A stretch of DNA of 64,000 nt from a virus: positions 34,784 to 98,783 of the IMG/VR virus record IMGVR_UViG_3300003322_000128; one strand, 5' to 3'. Position numbers and translations under genes: made by a program. Shown piece by piece: positions 14,564 to 24,273 of the stretch (position 1 is the first letter of the stretch; each line of letters opens with the position of its first letter). The notes under the pieces are model-generated. The model saw nothing but the letters and a program-made list of their open reading frames with translations, was not told where the DNA came from and made no database searches.

Positions 14564-15555
14564 AAATTTCATTTCACACTGTAAAAGACAATCTGGATAC
14601 AACACGTGGATACGGTAATGCTGGAATGCATGTTGTCAAGTCATTGCAATCTCTAGGTCATGAAGTTCCTTTTGACGACCCTACAGCTCCTGTTCAGATT
14701 TCCTTCTGCCCGCCGCATTGGTACAACTTCCATGAGGGGCAGTACAAGATTGGATATACTCCTTGGGAATCTACTGAATTGCCTAGTGGTTGGGCTGAAA
14801 TCATGAATGAATGTGATGAGGTATGGGCTACATCACAGTGGGTTGCCGATGTTTATAAAAATGCTGGAGTGACAAAGCCAATCTACGTTTATCACCATGG
14901 CCTTGACCACAAGTGGAAGCCAAAGAAGCGTGAGAGAGGAGACGTAGTCAAGTTTCTTCATATGGGTGAGCCTGCTTTGCGCAAGGGTGGTCAGATGACT
15001 GTTGATGCATTTCGGGCGGTCTTTGGAGATAGAACAGATGTTCATCTGACAATCAAGGCTTATCATCAGCATTTTTTGCGGGTCTGGCATAACGGTAAGG
15101 TAATTGAACCGGATGATGCATACAATAATGTAACAGTAATCAAGGATTCTATTCCTGAGAATGAATTGTTGCAACTGTATTACGACCACGACGTTCTTGT
15201 TTATCCTTCATATGGTGAAGGCTTTGGTCTTATTCCATTGCAAGCACTTGGAACTGGAATGCCCGTGATTTGTACAGATGAATGGGCACCATACAGAAAT
15301 TACACACAAATGCTATCAATTGGCGGCCGGTGGGATAGAAGTATTTGGGCTCTTCACCCTGGTGATGTTTTCTATCCTGACTACGAATGGTTGAAGTCTA
15401 AGATGGAACGTCTTGTTGACGACGAACCAAACCTACTGGATAAGATGTTCAAGTACTATTTTGACCAGGCTGACCACATCCATAAGCAATTTGATTGGGA
15501 TTTCCAAACTGAATATGCCTTCCGTCATATTGTTGAGAAGTTTACAGAAACGTGA
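14560..15555 (+). CDS. Glycosyltransferase (GT4-like), paralogue of upstream gene
   Basis: Same motifs: DVLVYPSYGEGFGLIPLQALGTG. Confidence 0.92.
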   Translation: MKISFHTVKDNLDTTRGYGNAGMHVVKSLQSLGHEVPFDDPTAPVQISFCPPHWYNFHEGQYKIGYTPWESTELPSGWAEIMNECDEVWATSQWVADVYKNAGVTKPIYVYHHGLDHKWKPKKRERGDVVKFLHMGEPALRKGGQMTVDAFRAVFGDRTDVHLTIKAYHQHFLRVWHNGKVIEPDDAYNNVTVIKDSIPENELLQLYYDHDVLVYPSYGEGFGLIPLQALGTGMPVICTDEWAPYRNYTQMLSIGGRWDRSIWALHPGDVFYPDYEWLKSKMERLVDDEPNLLDKMFKYYFDQADHIHKQFDWDFQTEYAFRHIVEKFTET

Positions 15556-15581
15556 CCTAAAAACTCCTGAAACACCCCTGT

Positions 15582-15629
15582 CTTCTAAAGATGGGGGTGT
15601 TATCATAGAAGAACCACAACATATTGTAT
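15582..15629. promoter_or_regulatory. Tandem NrdR boxes
   Basis: CCACAACATATTGTAT (15614-15629) and weaker CTTCTAAAGATGGGGG 32 bp upstream, directly before the RNR gene. Confidence 0.65.
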
Positions 15630-15665
15630 ATAGGCCCGGAAGGGTCAGAAGGAGTTTTGTTTTTT

Positions 15666-17612
15666 ATGGATTTCATCGACGCTTCGGGCCGGATTACCGA
15701 CCCTTATCGTAACTTTATTCACTTGTCTCGCTACTCAAGATGGCTAGAAGACAAGGAACGCAGAGAGACTTGGGTTGAGACAGTTGACCGTTATGTCAGT
15801 TTTATGCTTGACCATCTGAACAAGAACAATGGATATACACCACCTGAGCATGATGTTCAGCTTGTTCGCACTTTTATTCTTGAGCACATGGCACTTCCAT
15901 CAATGCGTGCTCTTATGACAGCAGGACCCGCCCTTGAGCGCAATAACATTGCAGGATATAACTGCTCCTATGTAGTTTTGGATAATCCAACAGCATTCGA
16001 TGAGATTCTTTACATTCTTATGAATGGAACAGGTGTTGGGTTCTCTTGCGAAGAGCGATATGTCTCTCAGCTTCCTGTTATTCCTCAACTTCATGATTCA
16101 GAAAATACGATTGTAGTTGAGGATTCCAAGGAAGGATGGGCAAATGCTTACAAGGAGCTTGTTGCAGGTCTTTACAACGGAGTCATTCAGGGTTGGGATG
16201 TTAGCAAGGTTCGACCAGCAGGCGCAAGACTTATGACTTTTGGTGGTCGCGCTTCCGGTCCAGCACCACTTGTTGAGCTATTTGAGTTCACTATTGACAC
16301 GTTTCTTCGTGCTCAGGGTCGTAAGCTGACTGACCTTGAAGCGCATGACATCGTGTGTGAAATTGCAAGCGTTGTAGTTGTTGGTGGCGTTCGGCGCTCC
16401 GCTCTTATTTCTCTGGGAGACCTAGATTCCTCTGGGCACCGTACAGCAAAGTCAGGTGCATGGTGGGAGAAGGACGGACAGCGCGCTCTTGCTAATAACT
16501 CAGCAGTATTCGATGAGAAGCCTTCCCGTGAGCGTTTTGATGAAGAATGGCAGTCATTGATTGATTCTGGTTCTGGTGAGCGTGGTATTTTCAGCCGGGT
16601 TGCTTCTCAGAAGCAGGCATCAAAGTTTGGTCGTAGGAGTCCAGATATTGAATATGGAACGAATCCATGCTCGGAAATTATTCTTCGTCCTAATCAGTTC
16701 TGTAACCTGACAACAGTTGTTGTTTCTGGCGACGACGATTATCTGATTTTGTCAAAGAAGGTTGAAGCCGCAACCATTCTTGGAACATGGCAATCAACTT
16801 TGACAAACTTTAAGTATCTTCGTCCAATCTGGAAGCAGAACACTGAAGAGGAAAGACTTCTTGGAGTTTCAATGACAGGCCCGTTCGGTAACAAGTTGCT
16901 GAATGGCTCTCTTGGAATGAGGAAGACAGAAGAGGTTCTTTATGCTCTCCGCGCACATGCTGTAAAGGTTAACAAGATTGTTGCTGAGCAGATTGGAATT
17001 CCTCAGGCGTCGGCGGTTACGTGTGTAAAGCCAGAGGGAACATCTTCACAATTGACCCTTACTTCATCTGGATTGCATGCTTGGCATAAGGAGAAGTACA
17101 TTCGTACAGTAAGAATGGACCGAAAGGACCCACTTGCCCAGTATATGATGGACGCGGGCTTCCCATGGGAGCCTGATGTTATGAATCCAGAGAATACCGC
17201 AGTGTTCTCATTCCCTATTGCAGCTCCAGAGGGCGCATTGACAAGGAATGACCTTACTGCGATTGAGCACCTTGAGCTTTGGATGACATATCAGAGAATG
17301 TGGTGTGAGCACAAGCCTTCGGTTACTATTTATGTGAAGCCTGAAGAGTGGGAGGAGGTTGGAAATTGGGTTTATGACAATTTTGATGAAGTTTCTGGAA
17401 TCTCATTCCTTCCTCATTCAGAGCACACATACCAGCAGGCTCCATATCAGGATATTACTGATGCCGAATATGATGAGTGGATTGCTAGAATGCCTAAGGA
17501 TGTTGATTGGGATATGCTTTCTTCTTATGAGTTGGAAGACACAACTACTGGAACGCAGGAGCTTGCTTGCGTTGCGGGTTCTTGTGAAGTCGTAGATACT
17601 GTTACTAGTTAA
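15666..17612 (+). CDS. nrdJ: Class II (B12-dependent) ribonucleotide reductase
   Basis: RETWVETVDR, PSMRA, YNCSY, GGVRRSA, TNPCSEI, TCVKPEGT, C-terminal CVAGSC; no beta-subunit gene adjacent. Confidence 0.92.
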   Translation: MDFIDASGRITDPYRNFIHLSRYSRWLEDKERRETWVETVDRYVSFMLDHLNKNNGYTPPEHDVQLVRTFILEHMALPSMRALMTAGPALERNNIAGYNCSYVVLDNPTAFDEILYILMNGTGVGFSCEERYVSQLPVIPQLHDSENTIVVEDSKEGWANAYKELVAGLYNGVIQGWDVSKVRPAGARLMTFGGRASGPAPLVELFEFTIDTFLRAQGRKLTDLEAHDIVCEIASVVVVGGVRRSALISLGDLDSSGHRTAKSGAWWEKDGQRALANNSAVFDEKPSRERFDEEWQSLIDSGSGERGIFSRVASQKQASKFGRRSPDIEYGTNPCSEIILRPNQFCNLTTVVVSGDDDYLILSKKVEAATILGTWQSTLTNFKYLRPIWKQNTEEERLLGVSMTGPFGNKLLNGSLGMRKTEEVLYALRAHAVKVNKIVAEQIGIPQASAVTCVKPEGTSSQLTLTSSGLHAWHKEKYIRTVRMDRKDPLAQYMMDAGFPWEPDVMNPENTAVFSFPIAAPEGALTRNDLTAIEHLELWMTYQRMWCEHKPSVTIYVKPEEWEEVGNWVYDNFDEVSGISFLPHSEHTYQQAPYQDITDAEYDEWIARMPKDVDWDMLSSYELEDTTTGTQELACVAGSCEVVDTVTS

Positions 17613-17624
17613 GAATACTCTTAG

Positions 17625-17652
17625 AACCCCGCCTTTTTGGCGGGGTTTCTTT
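17625..17652 (+). terminator. Intrinsic terminator (CCCCGCC family)
   Basis: AACCCCGCC-ttttt-GGCGGGGTT-TCTTT. Confidence 0.85.
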
Positions 17653-17705
17653 GTATTCACACATCTTTCAATGTATAATATGTAAAGGAGGTGAAGAAAT
17701 AAGAT

Positions 17706-18590
17706 ATGGCAACACCAATGACATCCTCACAGATTGTAGCTCAGCTAAAGAAGTGGGGAATTAAGTACAAGGAAGTAAAGTCATGGGAGACCCACAACCG
17801 TAATTCCAAGGGAGCTTGGGGCGGTATGAATGGTTTCATTTGGCACCACACCGGAGCTGATGTTTCGGCGGCTAATGCAGCATCATATGCTGGTTCTACT
17901 CTTTATAATGGGCTAAGTACATTGCCAGGACCGCTTTGCCACTTTGGTCTAGCGCCTGATGGAACAGTTTATCTAGTAGGTTGGGGTAGAGCAAACCATG
18001 CTGGTGGTGGAGACCCAGTAGTTTTGAATCATGTCATTAATGAAGATTATTCCGGTCAGCTAAAGCCAACTAAGGGTAATGCTGATGGTACAGATGGTAA
18101 TGCTCACTTTTATGGTGTAGAAATTATGTATTCAGGAAGCCATAAGATGACTGATGCTCAGTATCAGGCAGCTCTAAAGCTTTCTGCTGCTATTCTCGAT
18201 TTCCACAAGTGGACAGAGAAGTCTGTAATTGGTCATGGAGAGTGGTCTAACGATAAGTGGGACCCAGGTTATGCTTCTGGAAAGATTATGGATATGTCTG
18301 CTGTACGTAAGGATGTTCTAGCGACATTGAAGGCTGGACCTAATACAACACCAGCAAAGCCAAGTACCCCTTCAACGGGAGGTGGAACTGTGACAACACC
18401 AGCAAAGGATGCAACGTATAAGTCAGTATGGGACCTTGATGTGGCTACTCCACCAAAGGGGCACGAGACTACTGAGAATCCAAAGTGGGCGCCAATGAGT
18501 CTTCTTAAGGGAATTTATGAAAATCTGGATGTTCTTTCAAAGAAGGTCGATGAACTTTCTAAGAAGATTGACGCTCTAGAATCAAAGTGA
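17706..18590 (+). CDS. Endolysin, N-acetylmuramoyl-L-alanine amidase
   Basis: WHHTG, LPGPLCH, GRANHAG, GVEI, IGHGEW...KWDP. Confidence 0.92.
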   Translation: MATPMTSSQIVAQLKKWGIKYKEVKSWETHNRNSKGAWGGMNGFIWHHTGADVSAANAASYAGSTLYNGLSTLPGPLCHFGLAPDGTVYLVGWGRANHAGGGDPVVLNHVINEDYSGQLKPTKGNADGTDGNAHFYGVEIMYSGSHKMTDAQYQAALKLSAAILDFHKWTEKSVIGHGEWSNDKWDPGYASGKIMDMSAVRKDVLATLKAGPNTTPAKPSTPSTGGGTVTTPAKDATYKSVWDLDVATPPKGHETTENPKWAPMSLLKGIYENLDVLSKKVDELSKKIDALESK

Positions 18591-18602
18591 TATAATCTAA
18601 GT

Positions 18603-18701
18603 ACAGCCTATGGAAATGAGTCCGGGTTGTCTATGGCGCTAAGTGCAGCGCTACTTAGGTGGTTATACTTACCGACATACCCCGTCTTTGGACGGGGTTT
18701 T
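18603..18701 (+). ncRNA. Candidate ~100-nt small RNA
   Basis: TTGACG-N17-TATAAT (18568-18596) and terminator ACCCCGTC-tttg-GACGGGGTTTT bracket a hairpin-rich stretch with no SD-led ORF. Confidence 0.55.
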
Positions 18702-18737
18702 GTCGTTTAATCTCCATAGTGATATACTTTAATTACA

Positions 18738-20456
18738 ATGACTTATGTATATAGTGTATTGAGAGACGGACCTATTGGATTGTGGTCTTTTGATTCTCTA
18801 CCACTTAATGATTCTACTGGATATGGTAACAATGCCACTTATTCAGGTACTCCACAAACAACCCGCCCAATTGTGGCGGGCGGTGTTGCTGCTCAGTATC
18901 TAAGCTCAGACGACACAGTAAATTATCCAGTGTCCTCAATTATGATTGCTGGTCGAGAGTCCAGGGCATTTTCTCTGGAGGCGTGGATTAAGCCTCAAAG
19001 CGGTACAGCAGCAATCTTGGCAAGAGACAATAGCGGACTCTTCCTTGACGGATTGACCCTTAGATTCTCGATGGACTTTTCTTCACTGGTTAGTGTTATT
19101 TATGAACACTTGCAGGCTGGTGAAATCTATCATGTTGTAGCTGTCTATGATGGCAAGTCAATGGTTTTGTATGTTAACGGGGAAACTGTTGCCAGTTCTG
19201 ATATTGACGACTCAGAGATTTTGGCCGGGATTTCAGATACAACCACCAATCTTAAGACTACAATGACAACAACTATGGTTATGGATACTCCAGCAGTATA
19301 TAACTATGGACTAGATTACGTTCGTGTAAGCAGACATTACAACACTGGAATAAAGTACCCGCAAGTTGTCAATCTTTCAGCGAATAATTCTGGCAAGTAT
19401 TATCTGTTCTCAGATGCATACAGTTCGGTATATGACACAGTTTCATTTGGTGAAACTGATGACTGGAATTCAGGAATTTTCGCGGGTAATGTAACGTCAG
19501 TAGACGATGAGCTTGTCAATCTATTTGATGAAACAACAGGAGAGTGGCTTACTGGAACATGGACATACCAATATTCTGTAGCAGGAGACGAAGGTTCCGG
19601 TATTACACTCAATGGCTCAAGAATCACATGGGACTCGCTTGACACAATCACTGTAGAAACATCAACAGACAATGTAACGTGGACTCCAGTAACAAATGGC
19701 AGTTCAATTGTTGGAACTCAGAGTCTGTCTTCTGGATGGGCTATTGCTGTCAGAGTAACTATTCCAACAACAACTGACCATCAATCCACTGTTAGCAACC
19801 TGAAGGTTGTATTTTACACAGACAAGCATATTAAGGGTTCCGACGAGTCTCTTGTTGCTTCATTTAATGCACCACTGACAGTCACATTGGCAGATATGGC
19901 ATATCCACCAGCAAGTTTCAATGATAACGCCGGGGTTTTGTTGCCAGCATCCAATGGGATTTCAATTCCAGCAGACACAGACTTTGACCCTTATTCTGTA
20001 GTGGAGATGACTGTTAAATTCGATACCAGCACAGCGAGTAAGACGGTCCTTGCCCTAGGTTCTGCTTCAATTACATCAAATGGTTCGGGCCAGTGGGTTT
20101 CTACAGGACTCACCGCTTTGTACGTTGATGGAGTATCGGTTTCATCACCATTTTCTATTGCTGCGGGAAAGTGGCACCATGTGTTGGCTGTATTTCCGGC
20201 AACAACAGATATTGTTTATATTGGAAATAGTTCAGCAGGTTCTGCGGGCTACCCAATGAGGGTCGGATATGTTGCCTTGTATCCAGACACTATCACATCA
20301 GGCACAGCAACTGCAATTTATGATGCTTGGGTTGGGGTAGCAGCAGTTCAGATGGAAGATGAGAATACATCGAACATTTCTGAGCATATTTTTTCAGATA
20401 CTTCGTCACCATTCAGGGGATATTCATTCGATTGGTCTATTACGGGCGCCGGATAA
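18738..20456 (+). CDS. LamG/ConA-like domain virion protein
   Basis: FSLEAWIKP, YHVVAVYDG...LYVNG, WHHVLAV. Confidence 0.8.
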   Translation: MTYVYSVLRDGPIGLWSFDSLPLNDSTGYGNNATYSGTPQTTRPIVAGGVAAQYLSSDDTVNYPVSSIMIAGRESRAFSLEAWIKPQSGTAAILARDNSGLFLDGLTLRFSMDFSSLVSVIYEHLQAGEIYHVVAVYDGKSMVLYVNGETVASSDIDDSEILAGISDTTTNLKTTMTTTMVMDTPAVYNYGLDYVRVSRHYNTGIKYPQVVNLSANNSGKYYLFSDAYSSVYDTVSFGETDDWNSGIFAGNVTSVDDELVNLFDETTGEWLTGTWTYQYSVAGDEGSGITLNGSRITWDSLDTITVETSTDNVTWTPVTNGSSIVGTQSLSSGWAIAVRVTIPTTTDHQSTVSNLKVVFYTDKHIKGSDESLVASFNAPLTVTLADMAYPPASFNDNAGVLLPASNGISIPADTDFDPYSVVEMTVKFDTSTASKTVLALGSASITSNGSGQWVSTGLTALYVDGVSVSSPFSIAAGKWHHVLAVFPATTDIVYIGNSSAGSAGYPMRVGYVALYPDTITSGTATAIYDAWVGVAAVQMEDENTSNISEHIFSDTSSPFRGYSFDWSITGAG

Positions 20457-20551
20457 CCAACTTATGGACAAAACTTGCCTCTAAAGCTGAATTTTGACGC
20501 AAAACTTGCCTAAATTTGCTCATAGGCAAGGATAAAGGTATAATTTCTGAT

Positions 20552-20869
20552 ATGAAGACTACACGAAAGCAAATTGTAGAAGAGGTCCCCTGGGGTGTTT
20601 ATGTCTGGGAAATGCCTGATGGTCGCTGGATTGGCGACGATGAAGGCAATTTCTTGAGTATTGCATCCATGAAGGGTGATAAGAAGCGAATGCAGCAGCT
20701 AAAGGACTCTGTTCGCTCATATGGTGTTACCGAGGGTAAGCCATTCTTCCTTTCTGGTCACAGAAAGGTCTCAGATGAAGAGTTCGAAAATCAGAAGCGA
20801 CGCATGGAATTCGGTTTGATTCCAGATGAGCTTGATATTGCAGCGTTTAGAGAGGGTCAGGTTAGCTAA
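20552..20869 (+). CDS. Hypothetical protein upstream of portal
   Basis: Likely leaderless ATG 7 nt after TATAAT. Confidence 0.8.
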   Translation: MKTTRKQIVEEVPWGVYVWEMPDGRWIGDDEGNFLSIASMKGDKKRMQQLKDSVRSYGVTEGKPFFLSGHRKVSDEEFENQKRRMEFGLIPDELDIAAFREGQVS

Positions 20870-22452
20870 TGGCAAATAAGGTTGTATCAGCAGAGGAAGA
20901 GTCAAGGGAAATTGAGGTTAAGGTAGGCTCAATCGTAGAATATTCGGCATCTTCTTCTGAAATTGATGTATTCTCAAAGTCAGCAGATGAAGTCCGTAAG
21001 ATGGATGGAATCACTCCTGCCCTTAAGAGGAAGACGACTCGTGAAATCCAGAAGTTCCAACGTGGAACTGGTGGAGCAAAGACCAAGCGTGAAGAGCGAG
21101 ACGAGATTACGGGGTACAACCTATTTGAAGTAGTTATGCCACCCTATAATCTTGATTATCTAGCAGCTCTATACGAGAAGTCTTCTCCACATGCGGCAGC
21201 TGTTAAGGCTAAGGTCAAGAATATCGCCGGGTTGGGTTATCAGTTTGTAGAATCAGAGGCAACGAAGGAACTTCTAGACAGAGCAGAAGGAAATGAGTCT
21301 AAGCTTTCTCAGCTACGTAGGAGACTGTCCCGTGGTCGTATCCAGCTCAACGAGTGGCTTGACTCATGTAATGAAGAGGATGAATTCGATGAGACTCTAG
21401 GGAAGCTGTGGACAGATTATGAAACCACCGGAAACGCTTACCTTGAGATTGGTAGAAAGAACACTGGAGAAATCGGATATCTTGGACATATTCCTGCAAC
21501 TACATTGAGAATCCGTAAGCAGCGTGATGGATTTGTTCAGATTATCTCAAATCGGGCGGTTTTCTTTAGGAACTTTGGTGACAAGGAAACAACCGACCCA
21601 ATTGGTCATGACCCACGTCCTAATGAGATTATCCACTTCAAGAAGTACACTCCTACACATGGATATTACGGTGTTCCTGATATCATTTCTGCAATGACGG
21701 CGGTTACTGGTAATGAGTTCTCCGCTCGATTTAATCTTGATTATTTTGAGAACAAGGCAGTTCCTCGTTATGTTATCGTTATCAAGGGTGGCAACCTTTC
21801 TGCTCGTTCAGAGCAGCAGATTCTAGAATTCTTCCAGGCTTCTTTGAAGGGTAAGAATCACAGGACTCTGTATGTTCCACTTCCAGCAGATGAGGAAGGC
21901 AAGAAGGTTTCGTTCGAAATGAAGCCTGTTGAAACTGGAACGCAGGATTCTTCGTTCAATAATTACCGAAAGGGCAATCTGAACGAAATTCTGATGGCTC
22001 ATGGAGTCCCTATCTCAAAGGTGTCTCTTGGTGAGGGAGTTTCTTTGGCGGCGGCTAGAGATGCAGACAAGACGTTCAAGGAACAAGTATGTAGGCCAGA
22101 CCAGAGAATTCTTGAAAAGAAGTTGAACAAGATTGTCAAGGAACTCACACAAGTATTTGTGTTGAAGTTGAATGAGCTTTCTTTGACTGATGAAGATACT
22201 CAGTCAAAGATTGATGAGCGTTACCTACGTCTTGGTACCTATTTGCCAAATGAGGTTCGTGCTCGTAAGGGTATGCCTGGCATTAAGGGCGGAGACAAGC
22301 CTGTAGAACTTAAGCCACAGCAGGCGGCAGAGCAAAAGACTCAGGCTTCCGGTAATAGAAAGAGGGACCAGGAGCGTCAGGGTAATTCGACAGATTCCGC
22401 TTCCTCAAATAACACAAGAAATCCGCAAGGGGAAGGAAGACAGACCGCCTAA
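20869..22452 (+). CDS. Portal protein
   Basis: TGNAYLEI, EIIHFK, YYGVP, YFENKAVP, NEVRARKGMP; position. Confidence 0.92.
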   Translation: MANKVVSAEEESREIEVKVGSIVEYSASSSEIDVFSKSADEVRKMDGITPALKRKTTREIQKFQRGTGGAKTKREERDEITGYNLFEVVMPPYNLDYLAALYEKSSPHAAAVKAKVKNIAGLGYQFVESEATKELLDRAEGNESKLSQLRRRLSRGRIQLNEWLDSCNEEDEFDETLGKLWTDYETTGNAYLEIGRKNTGEIGYLGHIPATTLRIRKQRDGFVQIISNRAVFFRNFGDKETTDPIGHDPRPNEIIHFKKYTPTHGYYGVPDIISAMTAVTGNEFSARFNLDYFENKAVPRYVIVIKGGNLSARSEQQILEFFQASLKGKNHRTLYVPLPADEEGKKVSFEMKPVETGTQDSSFNNYRKGNLNEILMAHGVPISKVSLGEGVSLAAARDADKTFKEQVCRPDQRILEKKLNKIVKELTQVFVLKLNELSLTDEDTQSKIDERYLRLGTYLPNEVRARKGMPGIKGGDKPVELKPQQAAEQKTQASGNRKRDQERQGNSTDSASSNNTRNPQGEGRQTA

Positions 22453-22457
22453 TTTAA

Positions 22458-22892
22458 ATGGTTAAGATTCTAAGAAGGGCTTGGGAGAGCCTAGCCACAG
22501 CTTTGGCTAGGCCAATCAATAAAGTAGCCGCAGTAGTTTTGTCAGTTTATACATTTCTCTGGGGGTTCTGGATTGCCAACCCCTTCTGGGATGTTTTTGG
22601 AAATGCACATGTATATGATTGGCTATCTAGTGTAGCCCCAGAAGAATATTGGGGTAGTATGGCAATGGCTGTTGGCGCAATCATGACTTATGGGGTAATT
22701 CGCGGCTCCAGAAAATCCTTGACGATTGGAGCATTTGTCGGTTTTATTCATTGGCTAATCATTGCCATGGGATATTTTGCGGGTGACTGGAGAAATACCG
22801 GTGGAATTACATCAAGCGCAATGGCACTTTATTGTGCAGCTATCTATCTAAACATCAGATACCTTCATTTTAAAGAAACACATCCCGAATAA
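22458..22892 (+). CDS. Multi-pass membrane protein
   Basis: About four hydrophobic segments. Confidence 0.75.
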   Translation: MVKILRRAWESLATALARPINKVAAVVLSVYTFLWGFWIANPFWDVFGNAHVYDWLSSVAPEEYWGSMAMAVGAIMTYGVIRGSRKSLTIGAFVGFIHWLIIAMGYFAGDWRNTGGITSSAMALYCAAIYLNIRYLHFKETHPE

Positions 22893-22928
22893 TTTGCCTT
22901 TTTAAAAGGCGGCTGATAATATACAACT

Positions 22929-24242
22929 ATGGAGATTAAGAAGGCTCAGTGGGCTTCAGATGGCGAAAGTATTCGTCTGACGATGCCACTTTCTAAGGTT
23001 GATAAGGAGAACCGCCTAGTTTCAGGGTGGGCCTCTCTTGACAACGCTGATAGCCAAGGAGATGTAGTTCTCAAGGAGGCCAACCAGCGTGCATTCAGCC
23101 GTTTCCGTGGAAACATCCGAGAGATGCATCAGCCAATTGCTGTTGGTCGCATGGTTGATTTCAAGGAAGACTCCTACTTCGACCAGGAGACGCAGAAGTT
23201 CTATAATGGAATTTTTGTTACAGTATATGTTTCCAAGGGTGCGCAGGATACTTGGGAGAAGGTTCTAGACGGAACGCTCCAGGGATTTTCTATCGGCGGT
23301 GCGATTAAGGATGCTGAGACTCAGTGGGTAAAGGAAGCAAATGCAGCCATCCGCTTTGTTAAGGACTATGACCTAGTTGAACTAAGCTTGGTAGATTCTC
23401 CAGCTAACCAGCTTGCAAATATCTTCTCTATTACAAAGTCATCTGATGGTGAGGTTGTAATGAAGGGAATTGTAGCAGATACTCATTCAGAGAATGTCTA
23501 CTACTGTGAGCAGGATGGTATTGCTAAGACTTCCACTGATGAGTCAGCAGAATGCGGTAACTGCGGTTCCGCAATGCAAAACATTGGATGGTTTGAGTAC
23601 GGCAGCGATGAAGAGAAGGCGGAAAAGGTTTCGTCACTAGTTGCTGCACGTAATTCTTCTAACACGAGCGGTTCAGAGGAACCAATCGCTAAGCAGGATA
23701 CTGCACAAAACGAAGGAGGTGTAATCGTGGCAGAAGAGAACAAGAATTCTGAGACTGAGGTTCCGGCCGGTTCTACTTCAACTGAGGTTAACGAAGTTGC
23801 AGAAGAAGGAAAGGCTGAGACTGAAGTTGAGTCAAGCACAGAGACAGTAGCAGAAGAGGCAAAGAAGGAAGAGGAGACCGCCGACAATTCGGAGGTTGCT
23901 CCAGAGCCAGACATTGCAAAGATGTTTGGTGACCTACAGACTGCTATTTCGTCTGGCCTTGAGAAGAATGCAAAGGCGGCTGAGGAAGCAATTGCTAAGG
24001 CAGCAGAAGCATTCGAGACCAAGGTAGGAGAACTTGTAGAGAAGCACGAAGAGCTTGTAAATAAGTTTGAGTCTCTAAAGACTGACATCGGTGGCGTTGA
24101 AAAGCGTCTTGAGGGTGTAGAGTCTGAGACTGCTATGAAGAAGTCCGGAGACCTAGGCGGGTCAACGGAGGATACCCTAAAGAAGAGTAAGGGTTCAACG
24201 TGGGGCGGGCGCTTCCTCGGCCTTTCCGACCTACAAAACTAA
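22929..24242 (+). CDS. Prohead protease fused to acidic/coiled-coil scaffold region
   Basis: LVSGWAS, IREMH, GFSIGG, ELSLVDSPAN. Confidence 0.9.
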   Translation: MEIKKAQWASDGESIRLTMPLSKVDKENRLVSGWASLDNADSQGDVVLKEANQRAFSRFRGNIREMHQPIAVGRMVDFKEDSYFDQETQKFYNGIFVTVYVSKGAQDTWEKVLDGTLQGFSIGGAIKDAETQWVKEANAAIRFVKDYDLVELSLVDSPANQLANIFSITKSSDGEVVMKGIVADTHSENVYYCEQDGIAKTSTDESAECGNCGSAMQNIGWFEYGSDEEKAEKVSSLVAARNSSNTSGSEEPIAKQDTAQNEGGVIVAEENKNSETEVPAGSTSTEVNEVAEEGKAETEVESSTETVAEEAKKEEETADNSEVAPEPDIAKMFGDLQTAISSGLEKNAKAAEEAIAKAAEAFETKVGELVEKHEELVNKFESLKTDIGGVEKRLEGVESETAMKKSGDLGGSTEDTLKKSKGSTWGGRFLGLSDLQN

Positions 24243-24273
24243 TTTCTAGGAAATATGGAGGTGACACAAACAG

